Assembly: GCA_963707025.1 (NCBI GenBank)
Contig: CAVPOM010000015.1
Span: 96,001-160,000, forward strand
Direction: 5' to 3'
DNA from: an uncultured Verrucomicrobiae bacterium
GTDB lineage: Bacteria > Verrucomicrobiota > Verrucomicrobiia > Limisphaerales > Palsa-1400
DNA length: 64,000 nt
Position 1 is the first letter of the stretch. The number at the start of each line of letters is the position of its first letter. A program made the translations under genes and the position numbers. Shown here piece after piece: positions 29,223-39,538 of the stretch. Under the pieces are notes generated by a model. It was given only the letters and a program-made list of their open reading frames with translations. It did no database searches and was not told the DNA's origin.

Positions 29223-30814
29223 ATGCGGGCTGGTGATCCTTTTTGAAGACGAACACTTGCTGGTGGCCAACAGGCCGGCCTGAACACGCATGCGCCCTCG
29301 CCTTATGCCGGCGAGGGTTTGTATGAGTGGCTGAAAAACAGCGGCCCGCGCCGGGCCGCCCTGGCCATTATCCACCGGCTGGACAAGGAAACCTCCGGCC
29401 TGATCGTTTTCGGCAAAACCACCCCGGCCAACCGCACTCTCACCCGGCAGTTCGAGGAGCGGGCCGTGCAAAAAAAATATGTTTTACTCACCGACCGGAA
29501 GACGGCTTTTGCCCGGCTGACCGCGCAGTCGTGGCTGAGGCGGGTGGGGGAAAGATACGCGGGCCTGCCCACCGGGGCGAAAGGCGGGGCCGCCAGGACC
29601 GCCTTCCGCCTGGTCCAGCCGCCGCCGCCGCGGCCCGGCGGCCTGGAGGGCTGCTTTGTCTGGGAGGCCGAACCCGCCACCGGCCGCACGCACCAGATCC
29701 GCGTCCACGCCGCCGCGCATGGGTTCCCGATTTTGGGCGACACGCTTTACGGCGGGACGCCGGCGGCGCGGGTTTATCTGCACGCGGCGCAACTGGGCTT
29801 TCGCCATCCCGCCAGCGGGGAAAACGTTTTGTTTGACGCGCCGCCGGATTTTTCCGCCGATCCGCGCGCGGCGCTGCGCGCGGCCCTCATTGATCCGGGC
29901 GCCACCGACGCCTTCCGCCTCCTGCACGGCGCGGCGGACGGCTGGCCCGGTTTGTACGCGGACCGGCTGGGCGGATACCTGCTGGCGCAATCGGCGGGAG
30001 TGATGACCGGGGAGGAGCGCGCCTGGGTGGAGGAATTGGGGCGGCGGTTTGCCGCGCGCGGCCTTTATCACAAAATCCTCCGGCGCCAGCCGGTCGGCGG
30101 CCAGGGGCGGGAAACCGCGCCGCAATGGCTGGCGGGGGAAAAGGCGCCGGAGGAAATTCTGGCGCGGGAAAACGGCCTGCGCTTCGCCCTGCGCCTGGCC
30201 GAAGGTTATTCGGCCGGGCTGTTCCTCGATCAGCGGGAAAACCGGCGGCGGTTGTTGACAGGTTGGATCGCGCCGGATTTCAGCCTCGCCCGGCCGGCCC
30301 GGGTCCTCAACGCCTTTGCCTACACCTGCGCCTTTTCGGTTTGCGCGGCGGCGGGCGGCGCGCAGGTGGCCAGCCTGGATCTTTCCAAAAAATACCTGGA
30401 ATGGGGAAAACGCAATTTTGCCCTCAATGGCCTGGAACCCTCCGCCCACGAATTCATTTTTGGCGAGGCCTTTGGCTGGTTGCGGCGCCTGGCCAAAAAG
30501 GGACGTCTGTTCGACGCCATCATTTTGGACCCGCCCACCTTTTCGCGCTCCAAGGAACACGGCGTTTTCCAGGCGGAAAAAGATTACGGAACGCTCGTCG
30601 CCGCCGCGCTGCCCTTGCTGGCGCGCGACGGCATTCTCCTGGCTTCGACCAACGCCGCGACTTTGCAACCGGAGCGATTCCTGGAAATGGTGGCGGCGGC
30701 CATCACCGGCAGGCCGCCGCGTTACGCAGCAGCATTACGTTCCGCAGCCCCCGGATTTTCCGGTGCATCGCCAGAGCCGCCTACTTGAAGACGGTCTGGC
30801 TGCGCGTCGCCTGA
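29223..30814 (+). CDS. RluA-type pseudouridine synthase fused to an RlmI/RlmK-type SAM methyltransferase (frameshifted)
   Basis: FEDEHLLVAN, HRLDKETSG, TGRTHQIR, GLFLDQRENR, ILDPPTF; frame breaks near 29272, 30710 and 30775; start uncertain. Confidence 0.85.
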
Positions 30815-31323
30815 GTGATTTCCATCTCGTAGCGGGAAACAAAGTAAGGCCCGACCTCCCGGTCACTATGATGCCTGAAGCCAAATTCCTCGTAGAAGGC
30901 GCGCAACCTCGGACGCGAAGCTTCGCAGTCCAGCCGGAGCCAGCGCCTGCCTAGAAAGCGCGCCCGCGCCACCGCCCAGTCCAGCAAGGCGCGCGACACG
31001 CCCGTTCCGGCAAAGCGCAGGCGCACGGCCAGGCGATGCACGAAGGCCGATTCCCCGGCCGGCACATCCGGCCAGAAGAGCGCATCGTCAAGTTGAAATT
31101 TCACGGTGCCGGCGGCTTCCCCGCCGCATTCAGCCAGGTAAATCAGGCCGGCTTCCACATCGGCGGCCAGGCGGGCGGGAACCAACTCGCTGTCGCGCCA
31201 CATCACCCGTCCGCTCTCTTCGACCCAGCGCGCCGCCTCCCGCAATATGGCCACCACCGAGTCGGTGTCTCGCGCGGTCGCCTGGCGGATGAAAGGCCGC
31301 ATGGGAACTGGTGCAAGGCTCAT
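30781..31323 (-). CDS. GNAT acetyltransferase
   Basis: FVHRLAVRLRFAGTGVS, LRLDC, LRAFYEEFGF. Confidence 0.85.
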   Translation of the reverse strand: MSLAPVPMRPFIRQATARDTDSVVAILREAARWVEESGRVMWRDSELVPARLAADVEAGLIYLAECGGEAAGTVKFQLDDALFWPDVPAGESAFVHRLAVRLRFAGTGVSRALLDWAVARARFLGRRWLRLDCEASRPRLRAFYEEFGFRHHSDREVGPYFVSRYEMEITQATRSQTVFK

Positions 31324-31561
31324 AGCAGATCTGGCGTAAAGGAGCGGCGGGCTGTTACTGCAGGATTGAAGTCCCGGAGCAAAGCTAGGCGCGCAGGTTT
31401 CATTAGCAGGCAGGCGGAAAAGTTGCCCTGGAGCGGGCGGTTGTCAACTTATTGTGAAAGGCCGCTGCCATGAGTGGCCTGTCGTAAGATTGATAATTGA
31501 TAAAAAGGCCAAAATCTTTCCTTGACAGCGCGCCCGTTGCTATACAAGACTGGCCGCTTAT

Positions 31562-31920
31562 ATGACTAACCTTCACAACCTGACCGTTGCCCAACTGCGC
31601 AAAGTGGTGGCAATCAAAGAAAGAATAGAAGCCTGGCAAAGCAAGCTGGACTCCATTGCCGGCGGTGCGGCGGCCCCTGAGCCATCGGGCCCGGCAGGCG
31701 CAAGAAGCGCCGCATGTCGGCCGCGGCGCGCGCCCGCATCGGCGCGGCCCAGAGGGCGCGCTGGGCCAAAGCCAGGAGAGGCAGGAAAGCTTCCGCCCGG
31801 GCCGCCGCTCCTGTAAAGAAGAAGAAACGGAAAGTCAGCGCGGCCGCCCGGGCCAAGCTTTCCGCCATAGCCAAAGCCCGTTGGGCGAAAGTCAAGGCTT
31901 CAGGCAAATCAACGCTTTGA
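31562..31920 (+). CDS. Small basic histone-like / nucleoid-type protein (frameshift near 31697)
   Basis: N-terminal coiled coil (LTVAQLRKVVAIKERIE) then two K/R-rich SAAARAxxxxxxxARWAK repeats in the next frame. Confidence 0.7.
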
Positions 31921-32090
31921 TTCCCCGCCGGGACGCCTGGCGCCGGAGTGAAAAGAGCTGAAGGTTTCCTTTGAAACTCCGGGGATGCATTGTCTTGCCC
32001 AACGGCGCGCCCAAGGCGCCAGACCGGACTTTTCATCCGGTCCGTCCCATCTGTCTGACTCGGCCGCCGCCGCATTCCCGTGGCGGCGGT

Positions 32091-32690
32091 TTAGCTCAGG
32101 GCCGCCAAAAGGCAGACGGCGCACAAGGCGATGGTGGCGCCGATAAAACGGACCGCCCGCTGCTGGTTCCGCAAATAAAATCCCGCGGCCACGCCCATGC
32201 CGTGCAACAACAGAGTCGCGGCCATGAACCCAAGGCTGAAGGAAAGGGCGCCGACCGACAGCGGCATTTCGTGGCCGTGGGCGTAGCCGTGAAACAAGGC
32301 GAAAAGCCCGGCCAGGAACATGCCCCAGCTTGGTTGCAAGCGCGTGGCGGTGGCGAGCAGCGCGCCCAAGACCAGCACGGACAGGGCGATGCCCAGTTCC
32401 ACGCCCAACTGCCCGCCGGGCAGCGTGGCGCCGGTCAATCCCAGGAGGCCGCCCAAGCCCATCACGCCAACGAACGTCAGCGGGATCATCCAGACGGCGC
32501 GTCCGCGATGTTGCGCGGCCCAAAGCCCGACGGCGAACATGGCCAGCAGATGATCCAGCCCGCTGAACGGATGGGCGAAGCCCTCCCGCCAGCCGTGGGC
32601 AGTTCCCGGGACAATGTGGGCCGAAGCCAGGCCGGGCATGAGGAGAACGCCAGCCAGAGCCAGCACCGGTATTGAGAAAAATCTTTTCAT
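32091..32690 (-). CDS. HupE/UreJ family Ni/Co transporter
   Basis: GFAHPFSGLDHLLAM, FHGYAHGHE. Confidence 0.92.
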   Translation of the reverse strand: MKRFFSIPVLALAGVLLMPGLASAHIVPGTAHGWREGFAHPFSGLDHLLAMFAVGLWAAQHRGRAVWMIPLTFVGVMGLGGLLGLTGATLPGGQLGVELGIALSVLVLGALLATATRLQPSWGMFLAGLFALFHGYAHGHEMPLSVGALSFSLGFMAATLLLHGMGVAAGFYLRNQQRAVRFIGATIALCAVCLLAALS

Positions 32691-32784
32691 AAGTCAGTGG
32701 AATAAAAAGTTGCCGTCAATTTCACGTTATCAGATTAACAAAACCATTCCCGCAAGTCAACGATTTGCCTTGGCCATTTATTGG

Positions 32785-33246
32785 TTATTTCACCCGCTTT
32801 CTTGCGACCGGGCGCGCGCGCTTCTTCTGATAAATGCCGGGATAATGGAGGGTCATGAATTTATCAGGGTCGGGCAGCGGCTGGAACCCAAATTGGGCAT
32901 ACAGCCCGTGCGCGTCGCGGGTGGCCAGCATGAGGCGTCTCACCCCCTGCAAATCGGGGTGGGCGAGAATGGCCCGCACCATCCTCTTGCCCAGGCCGCG
33001 CCCGCGGTGCCTTGGCGCCACAAAAACATCCGCCAGGTAAGCAAAGGTCGCCCGGTCGGTGATGACCCTCGCGAAGGCCACCTGCCGCCCGCGGCAAAAC
33101 GCCCCGAAGCACCGGGAATGCCTCATGGAACGCTCCACCACCTTTCGCGGAATGTTCGCGGCCCAGTAAGAGCGGCGCAAAAAACCGTGGATGAAGCTGA
33201 GGTCGAACCGCCGCGGGTTGGTGGATATCTCATACGACGAATTCAT
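32785..33246 (-). CDS. GNAT acetyltransferase
   Basis: SYWA, FARVITD, YLADVFV, RGRGLG, ATRDAHGLY. Confidence 0.9.
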   Translation of the reverse strand: MNSSYEISTNPRRFDLSFIHGFLRRSYWAANIPRKVVERSMRHSRCFGAFCRGRQVAFARVITDRATFAYLADVFVAPRHRGRGLGKRMVRAILAHPDLQGVRRLMLATRDAHGLYAQFGFQPLPDPDKFMTLHYPGIYQKKRARPVARKRVK

Positions 33247-33257
33247 AGCGCCAGACC

Positions 33258-34432
33258 TCAGAGCAATTCGAGGGTTCTGCGCAATTCCGCATCGGTGTTG
33301 TAAAAATGCGCCGAAATGCGCAAATACTGCCGCCCGGCGCGATCGCCCCGCAAGGACATCTCAATGCCCGCCTCACGCAGTTTCTGGAACAAGCCGGCCA
33401 AGTCCGCCGGCTCGGGCCGGCCCGGTAAAAGGAGATGATCCCGCTGGCGTTGAGCGGCGGAGCGTCGCCTTGCAGCACGGTCCAGCCCTTTTGCTGGAGG
33501 GCGGGAACGAGCCAGGCGCGCTTGCGCAACAACTCGGCGGCGATGTTTTCCACCCCCACCTCCAGCAACAATTCCAAGGCCGCCTGCAGGCCCACCAGCC
33601 CCAGCCAGTTGGCGGTGCCAGCCTCGTAACGCCGGGCGTCGGGCGGAAAAACCATTTTCTCCTGGGCCACAAACCCGGCCGAGCGGACATTATGCCAGCC
33701 GTAAATCGTGGGAAGCAGGGTTTGCTGCAATGATTTGCGCACATAAAAAAGCCCCGCGCCGCAGGGACTGAGCAGCCATTTTTGCGCCCCCGCCGCCAGG
33801 AAATCGAAATGCCTGGCCGCAATGGGGAAAGCGCCCAGGGTCTGGATTGCGTCCACCCCGAAAAGGATATTGCGCGCGCGCAGGCCCCGGCTGATGGTTT
33901 CCAGGTCGGGGCGGAATCCGGCCAGGAAATGGTTGCTGGCCAGGGCCACCAGGCGGGTTTGTTCGTCCACCTGGCCCATGACATCCACCGGCCGGATTTT
34001 CCCCAATTCGCGGACATTGAGCAGGCGCACCTGCACGCCCTTGGCCGCCAGCGCCATCCAGGGATAGACATTGGAGGGATAGTCGTCGAAATAGATCAGG
34101 ATATTGTCGCCCTTGCGCAGAGGCAGCCCGGCGGCGGCCACGCTCAAGGCTAGGGAAGTCGGCCCCACGAACGCGATCTCCTCCTCTTGCGCCCCGATCA
34201 GGCGCGCGGCCAGTTGACGGGTCAGCCGGAGGCGCGATTCCGGCACCGGCGCATCCTGGGAGCCCTGGGAGCATTGCAGGGCGTACTCGCGCACCGCCTC
34301 GGCGACCCGGCGCGGGAGGGGGCTGGCCGCGGAATGGGCCAGGAAAATCTTCGCGCGCGCCACTGGAAACTCGTGCCGGCGCAATTCTTCGTTGGAGTGC
34401 AGTTCGTCAATGGTCATGCGATGGCGGGTCAT
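33258..34432 (-). CDS. Class V PLP aminotransferase / cysteine desulfurase-like (frameshift near 33415)
   Basis: VDAIQ, GAQKWLLSP, RYEAGT; C-terminus LRISAHFYNT continues in another frame to TGA at 33258. Confidence 0.85.
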
Positions 34433-34437
34433 CTGTG

Positions 34438-35457
34438 CTATTTAAAACCTTTCAAAGCCGCATCCAAGTCGCTCCCTGGACCGTAGATTTTGTACCAAGA
34501 AGAAATAATCTGCCAGGCGATGAGCAACAGCACGATGTAATACACCAACTTGGGCGACCATTCGGCAACGGCGCGCATTTTGCGGCTGCCCTCCTCCTGG
34601 TAATGCCGGTGCAGCCGTCCCAGCGTCTCGTCGAGCGACCCGCTGATTTCGCCCGTGGCGTAAAGGCTGGCGAACATCTCGGGAAACTCCGGCGATGCCT
34701 TGATCAATTCGGCTGGCGTGGCCCCGGATTCGACGGCCTCCTTCCAGCCGCGCACGGCCCGGCCCAACGCGGGGGAACCGCTGGCCGCCACCGCCAGGTC
34801 CCAGGCACTGGTGATGAGGACTCCCGCATTGAGCAGCGCCTCCAACGCCGCCGCCAGCCGCGCCAGCGCCAGGCAGCGCCGCGCCGTGCCCAGCACGGGA
34901 ATGGGGCGGAGAGTGTTTTCCACCACCGTGCGCCATTTTTCCCCGTGCCGTCCCTGGCCGGCAAAAATGAGGAAGGCGGCGGCGGCATAAATGGGAACCA
35001 GGATCCCCAGGACCAGAAACGAAAACCGCATCAAACCATGTCCGTGCTGGATAAAATCAATAAAAGCAAAAACGAGAACCGCGAAATGAAACAGAAAAGC
35101 CGGATACATCAAATCCGAAATCACCTTGCGCGCCATTTGCGACCGTTCCTCGTAATAAATGGCGAGCAATTTGAAGCAGGCGTCCAAACGGCCGCTCCGC
35201 TCCCCCGCATTGACCAAGGCGGCATCGAAGGCCGGCATCCAGCCGCCCATGCGCGCCACCGCGTCGCCCACGGTTGCCCCCTGGCGCAAATGCTCCTGCA
35301 ATTGGGCAATGGGCGCGCGCAGGGCGCGAGAGGGGGGATTGCTCTGAAGCTGTTCGAGCGCCTTGGGGGCGGTCAAGCCGGCCGAGAGCAGGACGCCGAG
35401 AGTATGATACAATTCGGCGCGGTGCTTCAGTTGCCCAGGCGTAATAATCAATGGCAT
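34438..35457 (-). CDS. Type II secretion F / PilC family membrane platform protein
   Basis: Two GspF repeats: AGERSGRLD and TGEISGSLD; LMYP. Confidence 0.88.
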   Translation of the reverse strand: MPLIITPGQLKHRAELYHTLGVLLSAGLTAPKALEQLQSNPPSRALRAPIAQLQEHLRQGATVGDAVARMGGWMPAFDAALVNAGERSGRLDACFKLLAIYYEERSQMARKVISDLMYPAFLFHFAVLVFAFIDFIQHGHGLMRFSFLVLGILVPIYAAAAFLIFAGQGRHGEKWRTVVENTLRPIPVLGTARRCLALARLAAALEALLNAGVLITSAWDLAVAASGSPALGRAVRGWKEAVESGATPAELIKASPEFPEMFASLYATGEISGSLDETLGRLHRHYQEEGSRKMRAVAEWSPKLVYYIVLLLIAWQIISSWYKIYGPGSDLDAALKGFK

Positions 35458-35573
35458 GAAGAGCGGTTTCCGATCTGCGACCGATGGCGGCGGCCAACTG
35501 ACTGAGCCTCTGACATGCCGCCAGCGAGCGGGACTGGCGATTGGCGCCCGGCCACCGGCCCATTGCCTCTCCC

Positions 35574-35906
35574 TCACCCGATCAGCTTGTCAAACTGCGC
35601 CTTCATATCGCGCTTGGAAACCATGCCGACAATCTGTCCGGCCACCTCGCCGTTTTTGAACAGAAGAAAAGTGGGGATGGCACGCACGCCGAAATCAGCG
35701 GCCAGTTGTTGATCTTCATCAATGTTGACCTTGCCAATGCGAACGCGGTTGTCGTACTCGCCGGCCAGTTCGTCGAGGACGGGGGCGACCTGCTTGCATG
35801 GCCCGCACCATTCGGCCCAGAAATCCACCACCACCGGCACCGGCGACTTGAGCACTTCCTGCTCAAAATTTGCCTTGTTGAGTTTGACGATATTAAGGGC
35901 AGTCAT
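35574..35906 (-). CDS. trxA: Thioredoxin
   Basis: [15 protein letters not shown]. Confidence 0.95.
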   Translation of the reverse strand: MTALNIVKLNKANFEQEVLKSPVPVVVDFWAEWCGPCKQVAPVLDELAGEYDNRVRIGKVNIDEDQQLAADFGVRAIPTFLLFKNGEVAGQIVGMVSKRDMKAQFDKLIG

Positions 35907-35916
35907 AATTCAAAGG

Positions 35917-36369
35917 TCAATTGCGGGTAAGCCCATCAATGCCGCCCAGAACCAGAAACAAGCAGGAGCCAACGGCGGCCAGCGCCGCCACCATCGCGAC
36001 AATGGCCAGAACCTTGTCCAGCGTGCCAATGCCGGCGACCGGCGCCACATAAGCAGCCGGACGCGGAGCGGGCACCGGCGGAGCCGGTTGCCGGGCCGTC
36101 CCCGCCGCGCCCGCGCGGGAAGCCGGCGGGGCCGAAGGCGCTGCCGCCCGTGGAGCGGCCGGTGCGGCCGGCGCGGCGACGGGCGCGGCCGTCCCGGGCG
36201 AACTGGGCGGCCCGCCTTGAGCCAGCGACGGCAACTTGATCGTCGGGGCCGAAGTCGGCTTGGGAGGCAAATTGATGCGGACGGTTTCCTTCTTGGGCTG
36301 AACCTTGGAGGCTTCAGCCGGTTTGGGCGGCATCGCGCCACCAGGCAGATTTGGAATATTCTCTGACAT
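35917..36369 (-). CDS. Pro/Ala-rich protein with C-terminal membrane anchor
   Basis: KKETVRINLP motif, low-complexity linker, hydrophobic C-terminal helix; AGGAAA RBS before ATG. Confidence 0.7.
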   Translation of the reverse strand: MSENIPNLPGGAMPPKPAEASKVQPKKETVRINLPPKPTSAPTIKLPSLAQGGPPSSPGTAAPVAAPAAPAAPRAAAPSAPPASRAGAAGTARQPAPPVPAPRPAAYVAPVAGIGTLDKVLAIVAMVAALAAVGSCLFLVLGGIDGLTRN

Positions 36370-36486
36370 AGTTTCCTTTTGTGCCAATAAGCTAGAGTTG
36401 CCGCCGCCCGGTGTCAAATCCGAATTCCCCGCCATCCCCGGCCTGACCCGGCCGGCGTCCGCTTTTTCGGCCGGAAGACTGAGGAG

Positions 36487-36837
36487 TCAAGACCGTGGGC
36501 CAAACCCGCCGGACTCCCTGCCCTCACCGCGGGACTCCCGGGAAGGGCCGCGCGATTCTCTCCCGCCAGAGCCTGGGGGACGTTCCTCGCGCGGGCGGGC
36601 GATGTTGACCGTCAGCGCCCGCTCTTGCAGGGGTTTGCCGTGGAACAATTCGATGGCCTTGGCCGCCTCGGCCGCGGAAGCCATTTCCACGAAGGCAAAT
36701 CCGCGGGATTTGCCCGTGAATTTGTCCATCATCAGGTTGACGGAACTGACGGTGCCCGCCCCGGCGAAGCAATTCCGCAGATCCTCTTCGGTGGTGTTGT
36801 AAGAGAGGTTGCCGATGAATAATCTTGTGTCGCTCAT
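36487..36837 (-). CDS. RRM RNA-binding protein
   Basis: LFIGNL (RNP2), RGFAFVEM (RNP1), VNIARPREER. Confidence 0.95.
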   Translation of the reverse strand: MSDTRLFIGNLSYNTTEEDLRNCFAGAGTVSSVNLMMDKFTGKSRGFAFVEMASAAEAAKAIELFHGKPLQERALTVNIARPREERPPGSGGRESRGPSRESRGEGRESGGFGPRS

Positions 36838-37032
36838 GTGTGTATTAGCCGCTGAGAAGCCCGCAGACTACCGCGTTTGGCCCGAGGCGAAACATCCAAC
36901 GCGCCTTGATTTTTGGATTTAGGTCGTCAATTTACTTTTCAGTCTCTGTTTGTCTTTTCTGGCGCGATCTTGCGTTTTTAGCGGGCCTTCCGCCGGGAGT
37001 CAACACAATCCGGCGTTTTCCGCGCATTTTTT

Positions 37033-38013
37033 TTACTCCCCCGGGTAGTGCAACCCCCAGGGCGCCCGCACGGCGTCCAGCGTTTTCATTATGGCCAGGG
37101 TCTCATCCAGCGGCATGAGGGTGCTCTCCAGCCGCCCCTGCCTCAGGCAGTGGATGAATTCCGCCGCCTCGAATTGAAAGCCGTTCCCCGCGTAAGGCAT
37201 GTCGAAATGCTCCCTTTTGCCCCAGGCCCGCCTCAGCGTCATCCGGCTTGGTTTCCACCAGGGGCTCTGGAGCTGGATGGACCCGCTTTGGCCAATAATC
37301 TCCGCCTCGCCAGGGGTGTCGGCCCGCAAACCGGCAAAAAGGGTGGCGACGGCGCCGCTTTGGTAATGGAAAATCATGGCCGCCTGATAATCCACACCCG
37401 AAGGCCCCATCTCCGCCGCGCTACAGATTTGGGCCGGCGACCCCAGGATCATGGAGGCGAGGGAAACCGGATAAATCCCCACATCCAGCAACGCGCCGCC
37501 GCCCAGGGCGCGGTTGAAAAGCCGCCCTTCCGGGGAAAACTGGCTCCGAAAGCTAAAATGAGCCGCGACCAGCCGCACCCCGCCCACGGCCCCATCAGCC
37601 AGCAATTGGCGCAACCGCGCCATCACGGGGAAGGCCCGGGTCCACATCCCCTCCATCACCAGTAATTTCCTGGCGCGCGCGCAGCGGATGACCTGCTCCG
37701 CCTGGCTGGCATTGATGGCAAAGGGCTTCTCGCACAGCACCGCCTTTCCCGCCTCCAGGCAGAGGAGCGAAATCTCCGCGTGAAAAGGATGAGGCACGGC
37801 CACATACACCGCCTCCACCGCCCGGTCCTCCGCCAGCGCGGCGTAACTGCCGTGGCGGTGCGGCGCCCCCCAGCGCGCGCCGAAACTTTCCGCCGCCGCC
37901 TTGGAGCGCGAGCCGACCGCCACCAGCCGGGCCTCCGGCATCGCCGTCAAGTCCTGCGCAAATTTATTGGCGATATGGCCGGTGCCGATAATCCCCCAGC
38001 TCACAGGTTGCAT
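37033..38013 (-). CDS. Gfo/Idh/MocA oxidoreductase
   Basis: WGIIGTGHIA, VLCEKP, GGGALLDVGIY. Confidence 0.92.
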   Translation of the reverse strand: MQPVSWGIIGTGHIANKFAQDLTAMPEARLVAVGSRSKAAAESFGARWGAPHRHGSYAALAEDRAVEAVYVAVPHPFHAEISLLCLEAGKAVLCEKPFAINASQAEQVIRCARARKLLVMEGMWTRAFPVMARLRQLLADGAVGGVRLVAAHFSFRSQFSPEGRLFNRALGGGALLDVGIYPVSLASMILGSPAQICSAAEMGPSGVDYQAAMIFHYQSGAVATLFAGLRADTPGEAEIIGQSGSIQLQSPWWKPSRMTLRRAWGKREHFDMPYAGNGFQFEAAEFIHCLRQGRLESTLMPLDETLAIMKTLDAVRAPWGLHYPGE

Positions 38014-38076
38014 TTGGATTAGTGATGTATGATGTTGCGCGTTCTGGCGTTTCGGCAGGCCTTGGGAATGTCCAGC

Positions 38077-39528
38077 TTAACTTCGGCTTCGTTTTTGCGC
38101 TTTGCTCTTGTGAACCTTATAGTGAGGCCCTGTTTCGTGTAATTGGAGGGGTTTAGTTGCCCCAAGCCATTGCGCCCATTGCTCAATAAGGCTGTCCAAT
38201 TCAGCATGACAAGGCTCCTGGGCAAAAAACGTGAAGTCGTTGATGATGTGGTGTCGGCTGACCTTCTTCGGAGGTTGTTTTTCGATTTGGTCTGGCCCAA
38301 AAAGCGTCAGATTGGCCTCCGCCTCCACTTCTGGCTCAGAAGATTCCTGCCTCGTCACAAAGTCACCCATCGGCTCAAGACCTTGGCCGAAGCGACGAAG
38401 GGTTGCGCTGATCGCCTCACGGCTGTTGTCCACCCCGATCCAGGAACGTCCCAGATGGGAAGCCGCGCCTAAGGTCGTGCCGGAACCGGAGAAGCAATCC
38501 AGGACCAGATCGCCAGCATTGCTGGAGGCCTCGATGATTCGCGCCAGCAAGTCCGGATTCTTCTCGGTGGGGTAGCCGGACACGGCGATGTTCTGATTGT
38601 GGGCGTCGCGAAAATCCAACCAGATGTCTTGCACAGGGATGCCGTCGCTTTGATCGAAGAAAATCTTTCGGCGGGGGTTGCCGCTGGGAGACCAATAGAT
38701 TTCGCCCCGCGCATCCATCTGGTCGAGCACCCGGGGCGGATATTGCCAGTGTTTGCCGGGAGGGGGCAGTTTGCCGCGCCACAACTGACCCGTTTCTCCA
38801 TTGCGCACACCCGGCGCATGCACGGGCACCTTCTTGTAGAGCCGGCCCGTCCCGTTCTCCAAATACTGGTATTCTTTGGCGGCTTTTTCTTCTGTCCATG
38901 GATCCACCGGGCGATGCCAGACGTAGTTTTGACCCCTGGTGTAGAACAAGATGAAGTCAGCGATGTTCCCATAAACTTTTCGCGTGTAGTTCTTTGGATT
39001 GCACTTCTTGCGCGTTATCCAATTGCGAAAATTGGTCCGTCCAAACACTTCGTCCATCAGCGCTTTGACCAGGAACGCCATATTGTCGTCCAAGTGAACA
39101 TAGATGGAACCGTCATCGGCCAGGATCTCCCGCAACAAGATCAGACGTTCGCGAAGAAATTCCAAATAGTGGGCGCCTTCCCTCAGGTCCGTGTAGGCAT
39201 CATTTTGGCTGCGCGATTGGAAAATGCTCTTGGTCGCATACGGTGGGTCAATATAAATGAGACGAACTTTTCCGCACACCGTGGGATTGCGCGCCAGCGC
39301 AGCCAAAATGCCGAGGTTGTCGCCGTAATATAGTCGGTTACATGCCGGCTGATCGTTGTCCTTTGGCCACAATCGGCGGCAAACCGCAGGGGGCGTTCTC
39401 AGAATCTCCTCACGGTTCTTCTTCCCTTCGTAAGCAAGATGGACATCCGTGTTGCTGGCATCGCTTCCGTTCCCAAGAGTAGTGTCTTGCGGGCTTTGCC
39501 ATTTTGTTCTGGGAATTCCAGTTGCCAT
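38077..39528 (-). CDS. Site-specific DNA methyltransferase, beta class (N4-C/N6-A)
   Basis: YIDPPY before VLDCFSGSGTT; YPTEK. Confidence 0.92.
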   Translation of the reverse strand: MATGIPRTKWQSPQDTTLGNGSDASNTDVHLAYEGKKNREEILRTPPAVCRRLWPKDNDQPACNRLYYGDNLGILAALARNPTVCGKVRLIYIDPPYATKSIFQSRSQNDAYTDLREGAHYLEFLRERLILLREILADDGSIYVHLDDNMAFLVKALMDEVFGRTNFRNWITRKKCNPKNYTRKVYGNIADFILFYTRGQNYVWHRPVDPWTEEKAAKEYQYLENGTGRLYKKVPVHAPGVRNGETGQLWRGKLPPPGKHWQYPPRVLDQMDARGEIYWSPSGNPRRKIFFDQSDGIPVQDIWLDFRDAHNQNIAVSGYPTEKNPDLLARIIEASSNAGDLVLDCFSGSGTTLGAASHLGRSWIGVDNSREAISATLRRFGQGLEPMGDFVTRQESSEPEVEAEANLTLFGPDQIEKQPPKKVSRHHIINDFTFFAQEPCHAELDSLIEQWAQWLGATKPLQLHETGPHYKVHKSKAQKRSRS

Positions 39529-39538
39529 ATCGGTTTCC

